Shown here: piece after piece, positions 9,081 to 18,402 of the stretch
Layout of the letters: each line of letters opens with the position of its first letter
How positions within the stretch are numbered: position 1 is the first letter of the stretch
Assembly: GCA_023400985.1 (NCBI GenBank)
Contig: JAEXEN010000037.1
Coordinates: 35,118-99,117, forward strand
DNA length: 64,000 nt
Reading direction: 5' to 3'
Origin: Bacillota bacterium
GTDB lineage: Bacteria > Bacillota > Clostridia > Christensenellales > CAG-138
Program-made: the position numbers and the translations under genes
Notes under the pieces: model-generated
Told to the model about the DNA's origin: nothing
The model's database searches: none
What the model saw: only the letters and a program-made list of their open reading frames with translations

Positions 9081-10367
9081 TTAATTCTTATTCCGGATCG
9101 TGACGTTTACGGCGGGATCGGCAATGACATAGGACACCTCGGAAAGCATTTCTTCATTTCCCGGCAGCTTGAGCCGCAGATCGATCTCGTGAGTGCCTGT
9201 ATTGAGACCTGCGACATCCGCGTAAATCTCGACGCCGTCGCGTGTAAGCTTGTTGATGATACCGATCTCGCCGGTAATGGTAATATCCGTGCTCTCTATA
9301 TCGAGCGAAGACACGAGCCGATTCCCGAGTCCCTCCACCGTGATGGGGATTGCGGTGAGAGAGAGCGTCTGGAGTTTTTGGCGTATGTTGACGCGGACGG
9401 AAATGGTATCCCCGTCCAGGCTCGTTACGCCTTCCGGCAGGAGCAGCTTTACCTCCTTCTCCACGCTTTCGTTTTGGTCGCTTACATCGATGGGCTCGAT
9501 ATCGATGCCTCTCAGGCCGTCGATGTCCTTTTGAAAGCCGATAACCGTTACAGTGGAAGATGGGGATACGCTCGTCCCTACGATCTCATAGTTGACGGGC
9601 AGGTTCTCGCGGCCTATGATCGCCGCGTCTACATTGATCGGAAGTTCCTCCATTCTTAGGACTGTAAGCTTGACGGGAATGCTCGGAAGCGCTCCGAGAA
9701 GCGATGCGTTTATAGCTTCGCCCGAGCTGTTTTGAAGTTCCACCGGCGCGCTTTCGTTATAGGTTTCCGTCCGTGCGGTAAGGTCGATGAAGCATACCGC
9801 TTTGGCCACGGACGAAATATCCTTGGACGCGCCCTCAATTTTAACATAGCCGCTCGCCAGTTCCGGCGCGTCGCTCCAATACCCGTCCGGCAGCGTGCCG
9901 AGAAGCGATACTTCCACGGGAATATTATTGGAAACGAGGTTATCGATCTCGACAGTGACCTCCTGCAAAGGGCTTACAACGGTGCCGTCGGTCGCGGTCA
10001 CATTGATGGGCAGCGTGTAAGTGCCTGGTCCGCTGACGTTTCTGAGGCTGATGCTCGCCGTGATGTCGTTCGCGTCAAGATCGGCGTATTTGGTAAGTTC
10101 CGTATCCACCCTGACGGTAATGCTTTTGAGCGTTTCCGCCCTGTCGCCTCTAACGACGAGCCTGCGGGCGATGAGATCGCTTTCTCCTTCGAAATTCACG
10201 GGGACTTCCGCCACCGTTTTTGTGCGCACAGGGTTTTGATCCGACATCACATAGCCCCAGATAAGCATGGCGAAAAGCAGCGAAAGGAGCTTGATGAGGA
10301 TGTTTTTCGTGAACAGGTTCTTCAAAAACCGGACGATGGAAAAGCGGACCTTATTTTCTGTTTTCAT
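9081..10367 (-). CDS. cdaR: YbbR-domain protein, CdaA regulator CdaR
   Basis: N-terminal TM segment followed by repeated YbbR-like beta-rich modules. It overlaps the cdaA stop by 17 nt. SD GGAGGAACAAAG. Confidence 0.85.
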   Translation of the reverse strand: MKTENKVRFSIVRFLKNLFTKNILIKLLSLLFAMLIWGYVMSDQNPVRTKTVAEVPVNFEGESDLIARRLVVRGDRAETLKSITVRVDTELTKYADLDANDITASISLRNVSGPGTYTLPINVTATDGTVVSPLQEVTVEIDNLVSNNIPVEVSLLGTLPDGYWSDAPELASGYVKIEGASKDISSVAKAVCFIDLTARTETYNESAPVELQNSSGEAINASLLGALPSIPVKLTVLRMEELPINVDAAIIGRENLPVNYEIVGTSVSPSSTVTVIGFQKDIDGLRGIDIEPIDVSDQNESVEKEVKLLLPEGVTSLDGDTISVRVNIRQKLQTLSLTAIPITVEGLGNRLVSSLDIESTDITITGEIGIINKLTRDGVEIYADVAGLNTGTHEIDLRLKLPGNEEMLSEVSYVIADPAVNVTIRNKN

Positions 10368-11199
10368 CTTTGTTCCTCCGGAGGAAGAAGGGCAGCGCGG
10401 ATTCCCGCTCCCGTAGGAAAACCGATTCCAGCAGGTCCCTTAATGCTTTGTCGTCGATGTAGCGGATAAGTTTGCCTTCACGTGCGAAAGAGATCACGCC
10501 CGTTTCCTCGGAAACGACAATCGCGATACAGTCGGAAACGGAAGAAATTCCAAGCGCCGCGCGGTGCCGCGTGCCGAGCTCGCGCGCGATGCTCATATCC
10601 TCCGCAAGCGGCAAAAAGCACGCCGCGGACACGATGGTCTGTTCGCGGATCACCACCGCGCCGTCGTGCAAGGGCGTGTTCGGTTCAAAGATATTTTCAA
10701 GAAGGGGTGCTGAGATCATGCCGTCAATGCGGGTGCCGGTGCTGATGATATCCCCTAAACCCGTCCGCTGCTCGATGACGATCAGTGCACCTACACGCCT
10801 TTGCGCAAGGTCGGTGATGGCCAGATGCATCTCGCTCACGATCTGCGTGCTCTCGGGCACAATGGCCCCAAGCAGATCGCGCGTAAACAGCTTGCCTCTC
10901 CCGATATGCTCAAAAGCACGCCGAAGCTCGGGTTGAAACAACACCACCGCTACGACTACGCCCGAAGCCAGTACGGAATTCAGCAGCCAACCGAGCGTAG
11001 CGAGTTGGAGCGCGTCGCTCACAATCGCGCCCAAAAACAAAAGCGCGACTCCCTTGATCAGCTGATAGGCCCGCGTTTCCTTCGTGAGCAGGATCAGCTT
11101 GTACAATAGCACGGTGATGAGAAGAATATCCACGAGGTCCGTCCACTGGATCTGGGAGAAACCGCTGGATATCGTTTTTACCAGTACCTCGTAAGACAA
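10351..11199 (-). CDS. cdaA: Diadenylate cyclase CdaA (DisA_N domain)
   Basis: Three N-terminal TM helices plus DAC-domain motifs (GALIVIE, HDGAVVI, GTRHRAALGIS). TTG start with an upstream GAAAGGCGG. Confidence 0.93.
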   Translation of the reverse strand: MSYEVLVKTISSGFSQIQWTDLVDILLITVLLYKLILLTKETRAYQLIKGVALLFLGAIVSDALQLATLGWLLNSVLASGVVVAVVLFQPELRRAFEHIGRGKLFTRDLLGAIVPESTQIVSEMHLAITDLAQRRVGALIVIEQRTGLGDIISTGTRIDGMISAPLLENIFEPNTPLHDGAVVIREQTIVSAACFLPLAEDMSIARELGTRHRAALGISSVSDCIAIVVSEETGVISFAREGKLIRYIDDKALRDLLESVFLRERESALPFFLRRNKDENRK

Positions 11200-11682
11200 G
11201 CTGCAACCGCCTTTCGCGCATCCTAAAATACTATCGTTATCGTTATATTATTATACGATATCGCGCTGTACAAGGGAAACCCGTAAAGCCACCTTTTAAG
11301 ATTTATTCACACATTCACAGGAAAATAAACCAAGGCGGTTCAGTTTGGGGCGGGCGTCACCCGCCGTGCTCTTCCGGCATATCCTCAAACCGGCGGACGG
11401 AAAGAAGATAGTTCTCGTATTCGGTGCTTTTCTTACACAGGTCTGGACTTGAGAGCGTCCCCGTTCTCTCGTATTAACGCATGCCGGCATTTAAAAGATC
11501 GTCTTCCATAAGTTGCGCGGTCGCGCGCATTTCCTGAAGTGCTTCCCGTTTTTCAAGATCGAGTACTTTCACGGCTGCTTCCTTTGCTTTTCGAATTTTT
11601 CTGTTATAATATATTGTAACACAGCCGTCGTCGATTTCAAATATATATATGATCGAAAGAACGGTCGTAAAAGGGGGGTTCG

Positions 11683-11898
11683 ATGCTAGTTTTAGATCGC
11701 TTCGAAGGGGAATTCATCGTCTGCATAGACGGCGAAGGCGCGCCTGTCACGCTCGAAAAAACTGCCGTTTTGGCGCCCGTGAAGGAGGGCGACGTGCTTG
11801 TGGAGGCCGAATGCGGCCGCTATGTTGTGGACAAGGCGCTTTCCGCCTCGCGGCGAAAGGAAATGCGCAAGCGGTTGGATTCCCTTTTTAAAAAATGA
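11683..11898 (+). CDS. DUF3006-family small protein
   Basis: MLVLDRFEGEFIVCIDGEG...KEGDVLVEAE...SRRKEMRKRLDSLF matches the DUF3006 pattern (DRFEG...EGD(V/I)L...C-terminal helix). SD AAGGGGGG. Confidence 0.7.
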   Translation: MLVLDRFEGEFIVCIDGEGAPVTLEKTAVLAPVKEGDVLVEAECGRYVVDKALSASRRKEMRKRLDSLFKK

Positions 11899-11900
11899 TC

Positions 11901-11951
11901 GCATGATAAAAGCGCTGCTCCGGCATTGTCGGAGCAGCGCTTTTATCATGC
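11901..11951. terminator. Bidirectional terminator, perfect 22-bp stem
   Basis: GCATGATAAAAGCGCTGCTCCG-GCATTGT-CGGAGCAGCGCTTTTATCATGC, between two convergent genes. Confidence 0.8.
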
Positions 11952-11964
11952 GTTGGTTTTTTAT

Positions 11965-13122
11965 TTACTTTGCGCGCCCTGCGCGGTATGCCTCCTGAAC
12001 ACAGGCTTGATGCCGCGGGCATTTTTTGCTGTTTTCATGGACGAGCGAGTTCAGAAGATGGATGCAGAAATGCCCGTCGAAGTTGTTGCTGGCGGTCGGA
12101 TCTACCATGTGCGGCATGCAGTGCATGCTTGCGGCGACGGTCTTGCCGTTATAGGTGACCCAGATCGGCCGCCTGTCCCACGACCATTTGCCGCCTGCGC
12201 AGCGCTTCATGATGGCCGTGTCCGCGGCGGTGATGGGCTCGCAGTCGGCATGATACCAGCCGCCGAAGCGCCTCACGCGGAAGCTGTAACCCGTGCGCAC
12301 GTCGGTCACGGTAAAGCGCGCGCCCTTTTCAAGCCACTCGCTGCCGCCCTTGAACCAGTCGAGAAGCACGACGGTACCCTTGAGGCGGTTGAAAGTGGCG
12401 TTCTCCTTCATGATGTTGTTCGCGGTATCATACACCGCGTTCAACGTTTCCGCGCCAGCCACGCCGTCCACAGAGGAAAGATCCGCAGCTTTCTGAAATT
12501 GCAGCACACCCTCGCGGGTCTTGGAATCGAACTTGCCGGTGATGTCGGCATTGGAAAGAAAACCGCGCCTGCTCAGTTCCTTTTGAAGCCTTTCTACCTC
12601 CTCGCCCTCCATGCCCTTTTTGAGCATGCTCGCAGAGGCGGTGCTGGAGCCCGTGATCAAAAGCTCCGCGCTTTTTACATAGCCGGAAAGATCGTCGAGC
12701 TGTACGAAGTACCACTCGCCGATGATGGTCTTCACCTTCACGCCGCGCCCCGCGCCGAGCTTGGCCACCACATAAGCGGAATCGCCCGGGCCGCCGCGAA
12801 GCTCGGTGTCGTCGTCGATCACATACGCACCGCAGGAACCCGCGGACTTCAAAAACAGGTAGTCGTTTCTGATGTAGCCGACCTGGTCGAGGTAAATCAC
12901 TCTATACCAGCCGCCTTCGGTGGCAAGCACCTCCACCTCGGTGCCGCGCGGGAGCTCTTTCAATATTTCGGACTCGGTATCCGGCGACTGGCGAAGCTTT
13001 ACGGCGTCGGCGGTCACCTGGCCCGTTTCGTTCCCCTCCGCATAAGCGTCGTTGGGCAGCGCAATCAGGCACGTAAAAAGAAGTGCGGCCGCCGCGCGGT
13101 AGATCCATGCTTTCAAGGTCAA
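11965..13122 (-). CDS. Secreted SH3b-repeat / PG_binding_1 protein with a conserved uncharacterised C-terminal domain
   Basis: Start placed at TTG 13122 ((M)TLKAWIYRAAAALLFTCLIALPNDAYA signal peptide, SD AGAGAGG, TTGA overlap with the UDG stop). It has two SH3b-like segments (VTADAVKLRQSPDTESEILKELPRGTEVEV...GWYRV) and a PG-binding repeat (EGEEVERLQKELSRRGFL...DGVAGAETL). The C-terminal domain is shared with 18403..19236. Confidence 0.8.
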   Translation of the reverse strand: MTLKAWIYRAAAALLFTCLIALPNDAYAEGNETGQVTADAVKLRQSPDTESEILKELPRGTEVEVLATEGGWYRVIYLDQVGYIRNDYLFLKSAGSCGAYVIDDDTELRGGPGDSAYVVAKLGAGRGVKVKTIIGEWYFVQLDDLSGYVKSAELLITGSSTASASMLKKGMEGEEVERLQKELSRRGFLSNADITGKFDSKTREGVLQFQKAADLSSVDGVAGAETLNAVYDTANNIMKENATFNRLKGTVVLLDWFKGGSEWLEKGARFTVTDVRTGYSFRVRRFGGWYHADCEPITAADTAIMKRCAGGKWSWDRRPIWVTYNGKTVAASMHCMPHMVDPTASNNFDGHFCIHLLNSLVHENSKKCPRHQACVQEAYRAGRAK

Positions 13123-13727
13123 AAACACCTCTCTTTGAGTAAAACATTCAGCTCTGACAGATCCTGCGCGAGCGTTTCCGTCAAAGCGCGGTTGTAGATG
13201 GTGCTCGCGGGGTGATACAGCGGAAACAAAGTGAAGGAAACGCCCTCCAAATGACAATCGATGCGCATGCCGTGCACGGCGCCGATAGTCGCAGACTCCC
13301 GCCCTGCAAGACGCAGCACCGCGTTGAGCGGCGTGTTGCCGAGCGTCGCCACAATTTGGGGACGTATGATGCGAAGCTCTTGACGAAGCAGCGGCAGCGA
13401 CGCGAGCACCTCCTTGGGCTTCGGCGTGCGGTTGGATACGGATTTGGGCTTTACGCACACAGGGCGGAACTTTACCGCGTTGGTAATAAACACCCTTTCG
13501 CGCTCGATCCCGGCCGCAATTAAAAGGCGCGAGAGCGTTTTACCCGCCGTTCCCACAAAGGGCCGTCCGCTTTTTGCCTCTTCGCCGCCCGGGGCCTCGC
13601 CTATGAGCATGAGCGGAGCGTTCAAAGGCCCCTCGCCGAAGACGGGATTGTTTAAATCTCCCTTATCGTCGAGCGCCGCTATGCGGCTCCTCTCGGCCTC
13701 ATAAAGTTCAATAAGCTCGGTTGTCAT
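13119..13727 (-). CDS. Uracil-DNA glycosylase, family 4
   Basis: Family-4 motifs GEAPGGEEAKSGRPFVGTAGK and a C-terminal HPAS. ATGA overlap with the PBP1A stop. Confidence 0.9.
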   Translation of the reverse strand: MTTELIELYEAERSRIAALDDKGDLNNPVFGEGPLNAPLMLIGEAPGGEEAKSGRPFVGTAGKTLSRLLIAAGIERERVFITNAVKFRPVCVKPKSVSNRTPKPKEVLASLPLLRQELRIIRPQIVATLGNTPLNAVLRLAGRESATIGAVHGMRIDCHLEGVSFTLFPLYHPASTIYNRALTETLAQDLSELNVLLKERCF

Positions 13728-16519
13728 CCTGTTATGGGCGGCGGATACGCCGAGGAGATCACGGAATAGTTGTAGTTCAAGTAGTTGTAGCTCTGCTCTA
13801 TGGTTTCGTATACCTCAGTGGCCATGGCGTTTTGAAGATCGCTGAGGCAGGTAGCCAAAGTATTGCGGTCCGTATCCGGCAGGTTTTGCACCACGGCAAG
13901 ATAGCCCTGCACCTGGCTTAGCAAAGTGTTCGCCCGCTGCAGAAGATCGTCGAGCGTAGGCTGCGTCGGATCTACATAAACGCCGCCGTGCAGCGTGCAC
14001 ACGGCCGAGGGTTCATAGCCGGTTATGCCGTATTCGCTCGCGGGGATATCCGTAAAGATCACGTTATCCATGTATTTTTCGATGATCGCCCGGTCGATTT
14101 GCGCATACATCGAAGTGGAGCTTATAAGGATCATGCTCTTTTGCAGTACCGTCGGGCAGGCGTACGAGGCCTGTTTGCCGGTTTCCGCGCACACGTTCAA
14201 AAGGACATGCATGTTGCAGCTTTCCGTGGGCTCGGTACCCTTTTCAAACCAATCGGTAACGGGCGGGTGCGCTTCATCCGCCGCGCAAGCGTCGGTCGCA
14301 AGAAGGCCGGAAACGCTGCAGACGGTACACTTCACAAGTCCGAGGTCGGCGGGCGACTCGTCGATGATGGGTTTATTGGCAAGCCCCTCGTGTATTTTCT
14401 CCATAAACGCCTGCCAAAGCGGCGCGGCATAATTCTTGCCGTCCGAGCCCTTCTTGAGCTTATAATTGAAGTTGTCGTGCCCGATCCAAACGGTGGCCGC
14501 GTAATACGGCGTCATGCCGGCGAAGTATACGCTGGAATAATCGGAGTTGGTGCCGGTCTTACCCGCGACGTTCATGTTGTCGATTCTTGCGGTTGTGCCT
14601 GTACCGCGTTTTACGGCGTCGCTCATGAGGTCCACAAGCATGTAGGCGGTAGATTTTTTGAATACCTGCCGCGTTTCGCGAACGTCGTTTGCATCCAAAA
14701 TCACCTTGCCGTTTGCATCCACCACGCGCGTGAAGGAGAGCGGCTCGATGTATTCGCCTTCGTTGGCGATCGTGGCGAACGCGGCGGCCATTTCGATAGG
14801 CGTGATACCGCTTGTGCCCAGCGCAAGGCCCGAACCGTCGGAGTTGATCTGCGAGGGGTCCACACCGAGATTCAAAAGATACTGCGTGGAAACATCCGTG
14901 CCCACGTGGTCGAGAAGCGTGCGCGCCGCGGCCACGTTGAGCGAGGAAACAAGGCCGCGCCGCAATGTGATGGGGCCTATGTATTTTTCCGAGCCGATGC
15001 CGGGATAACCCTTTTCCGTATTCCAGCCCGTAATGGGCGCAGGGAAATTCAAAATAACGGATGCGGGCGAAAGCCCCAGATCAAGCGCCGGCCCGTAGAC
15101 CGCGATGGGCTTGATGGAGGAGCCTACGGGGGTCCTGCTCTGGTAGGCGCGGTTGAACTGCTTTTTCATGGTGGGCGAGGTCCTTCCACCCACCACTGCG
15201 CGAAGTTCGCCGGTCGAAAAATCGATCACTACGGCTGCGGCCTGCGGTTCTACGGTTTCAAGCACGTTGCCGTTTGATAGCACTTCCTCTTTTATGGCTT
15301 TGGAAGGGTCTTGCAGATCCGGATACTTCGTCCAATTTGCAAGCGTATCCTGCACGGTGTGCTGTATATCCGTATCGACCGTAAGGTAGATGCTGTAGCC
15401 GCCCGTGCCGAGCTCTTTTTCGAGAAGGTCGCGGTTAGCCTTGGTATCGAGCATCCCGCGCTGTTCGAGCATGTGCGTGATGATATCGCGTATGCCATAT
15501 TCCACGAAGTACGGCATATCGTAAAGCCCCGTCTGCGTGGAGACCTCGAGGATGTCCACGGTATCGTTCAGGGCGTAATCGCGCTGTTCCTTTGTGATAG
15601 AGCCCGCTTCATACATGGCTTCGATCACGAGGTCGGTACGTTCGTTTGTGACATTCATCTTGTTGGTACCGTCGTCGTAGAAGCGCTTATAGGTGTTCGC
15701 GCGCGGGTCGGTAAGATAGGGTTTTTGCACCATGCCCGCAAGCATGGCGCATTCGCGTATCGAAAGCTCGTTGAGCGATTTTCCGAAATAATCCATGGCG
15801 GCTGTTTTCACGCCGTAGTTGGCTTCGCCGAGATACACGTCGTTGAGATAAGCCTCAAGGATCGCGTCCTTATTCATGACGGTTTCTACCTCGAGCGAAA
15901 GGTAGGCCTCTTGAATTTTGCGCTTATAGGTCTGCTCGCTCGTGAGTATTTTGTTTTTGATGAGCTGCTGGGTCAAGGTGCTCGCACCGTGCGAATCCTT
16001 GTTGCGCAACAGATTGATCACGGCGGAGAACAGTCGTTTGTAGTCGATGCCGTTGTGCTTGTAAAAGCGCACGTCTTCAATGGAGATCACTGCGTTTTTA
16101 AGCATATCCGGGATCTCGTCGATGGTGGCCCACTCGCGGTACTGCATGCGCGCGAAGGTGGTGATGAGGTTGCCGTCTTTATCGTAAATGTAGGAGGTGC
16201 GGTCGCTTTGGGTAAGCTGTGACACATCGAGCTCCGGAGAGGTCTCCACATAGGCCTTGGCGACGCCCATGGCAAGCCCGAGCCCTGCGCAACCTGCGAG
16301 AATGAGCGTCACGAGCAGGAGCTTCACTGTATTGAACATCACGGCCAGCGCAAACGGACGCGGTTTTTTGCGCTCCATAAAAAGCTCCGCGTCATGTTCG
16401 TGCGTATGCTTCTTGGGCTTAAAAAGACCGCGTATCGCCTTTTTTACGCCGTCGAATATCTCTTTGAGCTTCTCCGCCATGCGTTTTTGCTCCAAACATG
16501 CCCTTTGCGCATCGCGCAT
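13724..16519 (-). CDS. Bifunctional class A penicillin-binding protein (PBP1A family)
   Basis: Glycosyltransferase motifs (EDVRFYKHNGIDY, GASTLTQQL) and transpeptidase motifs (GSSIKP, KTGT), plus a long Cys-containing C-terminal extension. The start could be ATG 16519 or ATG 16480; both have plausible SDs. Confidence 0.92.
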   Translation of the reverse strand: MRDAQRACLEQKRMAEKLKEIFDGVKKAIRGLFKPKKHTHEHDAELFMERKKPRPFALAVMFNTVKLLLVTLILAGCAGLGLAMGVAKAYVETSPELDVSQLTQSDRTSYIYDKDGNLITTFARMQYREWATIDEIPDMLKNAVISIEDVRFYKHNGIDYKRLFSAVINLLRNKDSHGASTLTQQLIKNKILTSEQTYKRKIQEAYLSLEVETVMNKDAILEAYLNDVYLGEANYGVKTAAMDYFGKSLNELSIRECAMLAGMVQKPYLTDPRANTYKRFYDDGTNKMNVTNERTDLVIEAMYEAGSITKEQRDYALNDTVDILEVSTQTGLYDMPYFVEYGIRDIITHMLEQRGMLDTKANRDLLEKELGTGGYSIYLTVDTDIQHTVQDTLANWTKYPDLQDPSKAIKEEVLSNGNVLETVEPQAAAVVIDFSTGELRAVVGGRTSPTMKKQFNRAYQSRTPVGSSIKPIAVYGPALDLGLSPASVILNFPAPITGWNTEKGYPGIGSEKYIGPITLRRGLVSSLNVAAARTLLDHVGTDVSTQYLLNLGVDPSQINSDGSGLALGTSGITPIEMAAAFATIANEGEYIEPLSFTRVVDANGKVILDANDVRETRQVFKKSTAYMLVDLMSDAVKRGTGTTARIDNMNVAGKTGTNSDYSSVYFAGMTPYYAATVWIGHDNFNYKLKKGSDGKNYAAPLWQAFMEKIHEGLANKPIIDESPADLGLVKCTVCSVSGLLATDACAADEAHPPVTDWFEKGTEPTESCNMHVLLNVCAETGKQASYACPTVLQKSMILISSTSMYAQIDRAIIEKYMDNVIFTDIPASEYGITGYEPSAVCTLHGGVYVDPTQPTLDDLLQRANTLLSQVQGYLAVVQNLPDTDRNTLATCLSDLQNAMATEVYETIEQSYNYLNYNYSVISSAYPPPITG

Positions 16520-16650
16520 AAAGGCCCTTTCCGAAAAATTTCCCTATTGCAGTATACCACAACGCGCGGACCTCAACAACCAAAAGGCAGGCGCATAAAC
16601 TGAATTAACAGGCCATTCATAAAATGGGGCTGCAGTCCGGAGGGGTTCAA

Positions 16651-17334
16651 ATGGAATTGGAAATCAAGCACAGGAAACGGCGCCACGCGCAAAAAAAGGC
16701 GCTGATCACAGCCGCCGTTTTGGTCATTTTGTTCGTTGTGTTATCGCTCATATTGAGCGCCAACATGCAGCCGGCCATGACCGCGCTCGCGGAGGCGCGT
16801 ATCAGCTCCGCCGCCACGCACGCCATGAATGAAGCAATTCTAAATGCCATGCAAGATGAGGAAAGCTTTACAAAACTCGTGGATGTAAGGACAGACGAGA
16901 GCGGCGTTTACCTTTTTAAGACCGACGCGCGGCTGATGAACATGGTGGCTGCCGCCTGCGCGCAGGATGCGCAGGAGCGAATCGCGCAGCTCGGCGAGCA
17001 AGGCGTTACGGTACCGTTCGGCACCATAACAGGCATTTCCTTCCTTTCGGGAAAGGGGCCTTATTTTAAAGTGGTATTTACGCCGATGGGCAGCGTAAAA
17101 AGTGAGTTTCGCTCGGAAACCTCTACTTCTGGCATCAACCAGACGCTCTACCGCATCTACCTTACCCTCACCGCTTCGGTGCGCCTCGTGCTCCCCGGCG
17201 TCTCCGAAACCATTTCCGTTTCATGCGAGGCGGCCATCGCCGAAAGCATCATCGTAGGCGACGTGCCGCAGGTGTATACCAACGTCGCCAACGAAGACGA
17301 TCTTTTGAACCTTGTGCCGACGACGCCTCCGTAA
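16651..17334 (+). CDS. yunB: Sporulation protein YunB
   Basis: N-terminal TM segment plus a C-terminal region resembling B. subtilis YunB (GINQTLYRIYLTLTASVRLVLPG...IVGDVPQVY). Start moved to ATG 16651 because of SD GGAGGGG at 5-nt spacing. Confidence 0.75.
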   Translation: MELEIKHRKRRHAQKKALITAAVLVILFVVLSLILSANMQPAMTALAEARISSAATHAMNEAILNAMQDEESFTKLVDVRTDESGVYLFKTDARLMNMVAAACAQDAQERIAQLGEQGVTVPFGTITGISFLSGKGPYFKVVFTPMGSVKSEFRSETSTSGINQTLYRIYLTLTASVRLVLPGVSETISVSCEAAIAESIIVGDVPQVYTNVANEDDLLNLVPTTPP

Positions 17335-17444
17335 TCGTGGAAACAGTTGCAGGCATTTCCGAGAAACATAATTTGTTTCTCTAAATTCAACGTTGACACA
17401 AATTCCTATAACGTATATTCTAAAAAAGAAGAAAACAGAAAGGA

Positions 17445-17894
17445 GTGCTTGCCATCCAAACCAACGGCGGTTTCCTCATCGCGAAGATCAAGCAGATCCA
17501 GGACAGGGTATTTAGCCGCATCCTTACCCAAAACGGTATAGCGCAGCTCAACGGCCCGCAGGGGCGCATCCTCCATACTCTTTGGAACGGGGACGGCCTT
17601 TCCATAACGGAGCTTGCGGAAACGACCGGTCTTACGAACACCACTCTGACGGGCATGCTCGACCGGTTGGAGACCGCGGGCTTTCTTAGACGCGTCTATG
17701 ACGAAAGCGACCGGCGTAAGGTGCGAATCCGCCTGACAGACACGGCCGTTTCCATGCGAACCGCCTACCTGAACGTTTCCGAACAGATGAATGCCGTTTT
17801 TTACAAGGGCTTTTCATCCGAAGACATCCAAAGCTTCGAGCGTACGCTCGCCCGCATTCTTGTCAATTTAACGAAAGAGGAGCAAAGACTATGA
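17445..17894 (+). CDS. MarR-family transcriptional regulator
   Basis: Winged-helix pattern (LNGPQGRILHTLWNGDGLSITELAETTGLTNTTLTGMLDRLETAGFLRRVYDESDRRKVRI). The start is uncertain. The only canonical in-frame start (GTG 17445) abuts the SD AAAGGAG with no spacer, and normal spacing would point to an in-frame ATC at 17454. Confidence 0.8.
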   Translation: MLAIQTNGGFLIAKIKQIQDRVFSRILTQNGIAQLNGPQGRILHTLWNGDGLSITELAETTGLTNTTLTGMLDRLETAGFLRRVYDESDRRKVRIRLTDTAVSMRTAYLNVSEQMNAVFYKGFSSEDIQSFERTLARILVNLTKEEQRL

Positions 17895-18325
17895 AAGAAA
17901 GCATATTGCAGGCCATTTCCCTGCTTCGTGCAAACAGCAAGACCGCCGAAGTCGCCTCCGTGGACGATACCGGGTACCCCATCGTTCGCGCCATGCTTGT
18001 GCTGGAGCACGAAAGCTTTCAGACCCAGTACTTTTCCACCAACACATCCTCTCCCAAGGTGGCAGCCTTTCGGACCGACAAGCGAGCGTCCGTCTATTAC
18101 TGCGACGCGCTAAACTACAAAGGTGTTTTGTTCATCGGCGATATGGAGGTGTGCACCGACCAGCCGACAAAGGATTTTTTGTGGCGCGATGGATTTGAAT
18201 GCTATTATCCCTTGGGTGTGACCGACCCGGACTACTGCGTACTCAAATTCACCGCACGCCGGGGCTCGTACTACCACGGACTGGAGAGCACCGATTTTGA
18301 GATCGACGAACTTAACAAGTTGTAA
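17891..18325 (+). CDS. Pyridoxamine 5'-phosphate oxidase-family (general stress protein 26-like) protein
   Basis: Size and pattern match the PNPOx-like split-barrel family (SVDDTGYPIVRAM...ASVYYCD...GVLFIGDMEV). ATGA overlap with the MarR stop. Confidence 0.7.
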   Translation: MKESILQAISLLRANSKTAEVASVDDTGYPIVRAMLVLEHESFQTQYFSTNTSSPKVAAFRTDKRASVYYCDALNYKGVLFIGDMEVCTDQPTKDFLWRDGFECYYPLGVTDPDYCVLKFTARRGSYYHGLESTDFEIDELNKL

Positions 18326-18387
18326 GTCGAAAGACGAAAGTTTACAATCGGGCGGCGCGTCAAAGATTCCCTGTTCGCATCTCCTTA

Positions 18388-18396
18388 TGGTATAAT
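18388..18396 (+). promoter_or_regulatory. Extended -10 promoter element (TGGTATAAT) 6 nt upstream of the ATG
   Basis: TGGTATAAT at 18388-18396. Only CAGCCC separates it from ATG 18403, and no SD is present. Confidence 0.45.
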
Positions 18397-18402
18397 CAGC
18401 CC

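Noticed and set aside
11200-11473. Possible riboswitch (for example c-di-AMP/ydaO type) or other structured leader upstream of cdaA. The cues were a long-range CCGGCAT/ATGCCGG pairing and a duplicated AATACGAGA.
   Set aside because: I could not find the conserved ydaO elements or any other riboswitch core. The pairings are short and could arise by chance. Only a TATAAT-like -10 (11250-11255, minus strand) about 50 nt upstream of the start looks functional.
11474-11572. GTG-initiated 32-codon minus-strand ORF (VKVLDLEKREALQEMRATAQLMEDDLLNAGMR) with an AAGGAAG SD, in the cdaA upstream region.
   Set aside because: Its third-position G/C content is clearly lower than in real genes here. No promoter is evident and nothing about the peptide is diagnostic. 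The evidence is insufficient to call it.
11926-13197. 423-aa plus-strand ORF. Similar long antisense ORFs occur at 13988..15277, 15311..16222, 37056..38018, 43763..44617, 45029..45958 and 55135..55962.
   Set aside because: All lie opposite genes with clear family signatures (SH3b/PG-binding protein, PBP1A, ICL/PEPM paralog, response regulator, kinase, queA). All show Arg/His/Gly-rich compositions typical of non-coding frames in GC-rich DNA.
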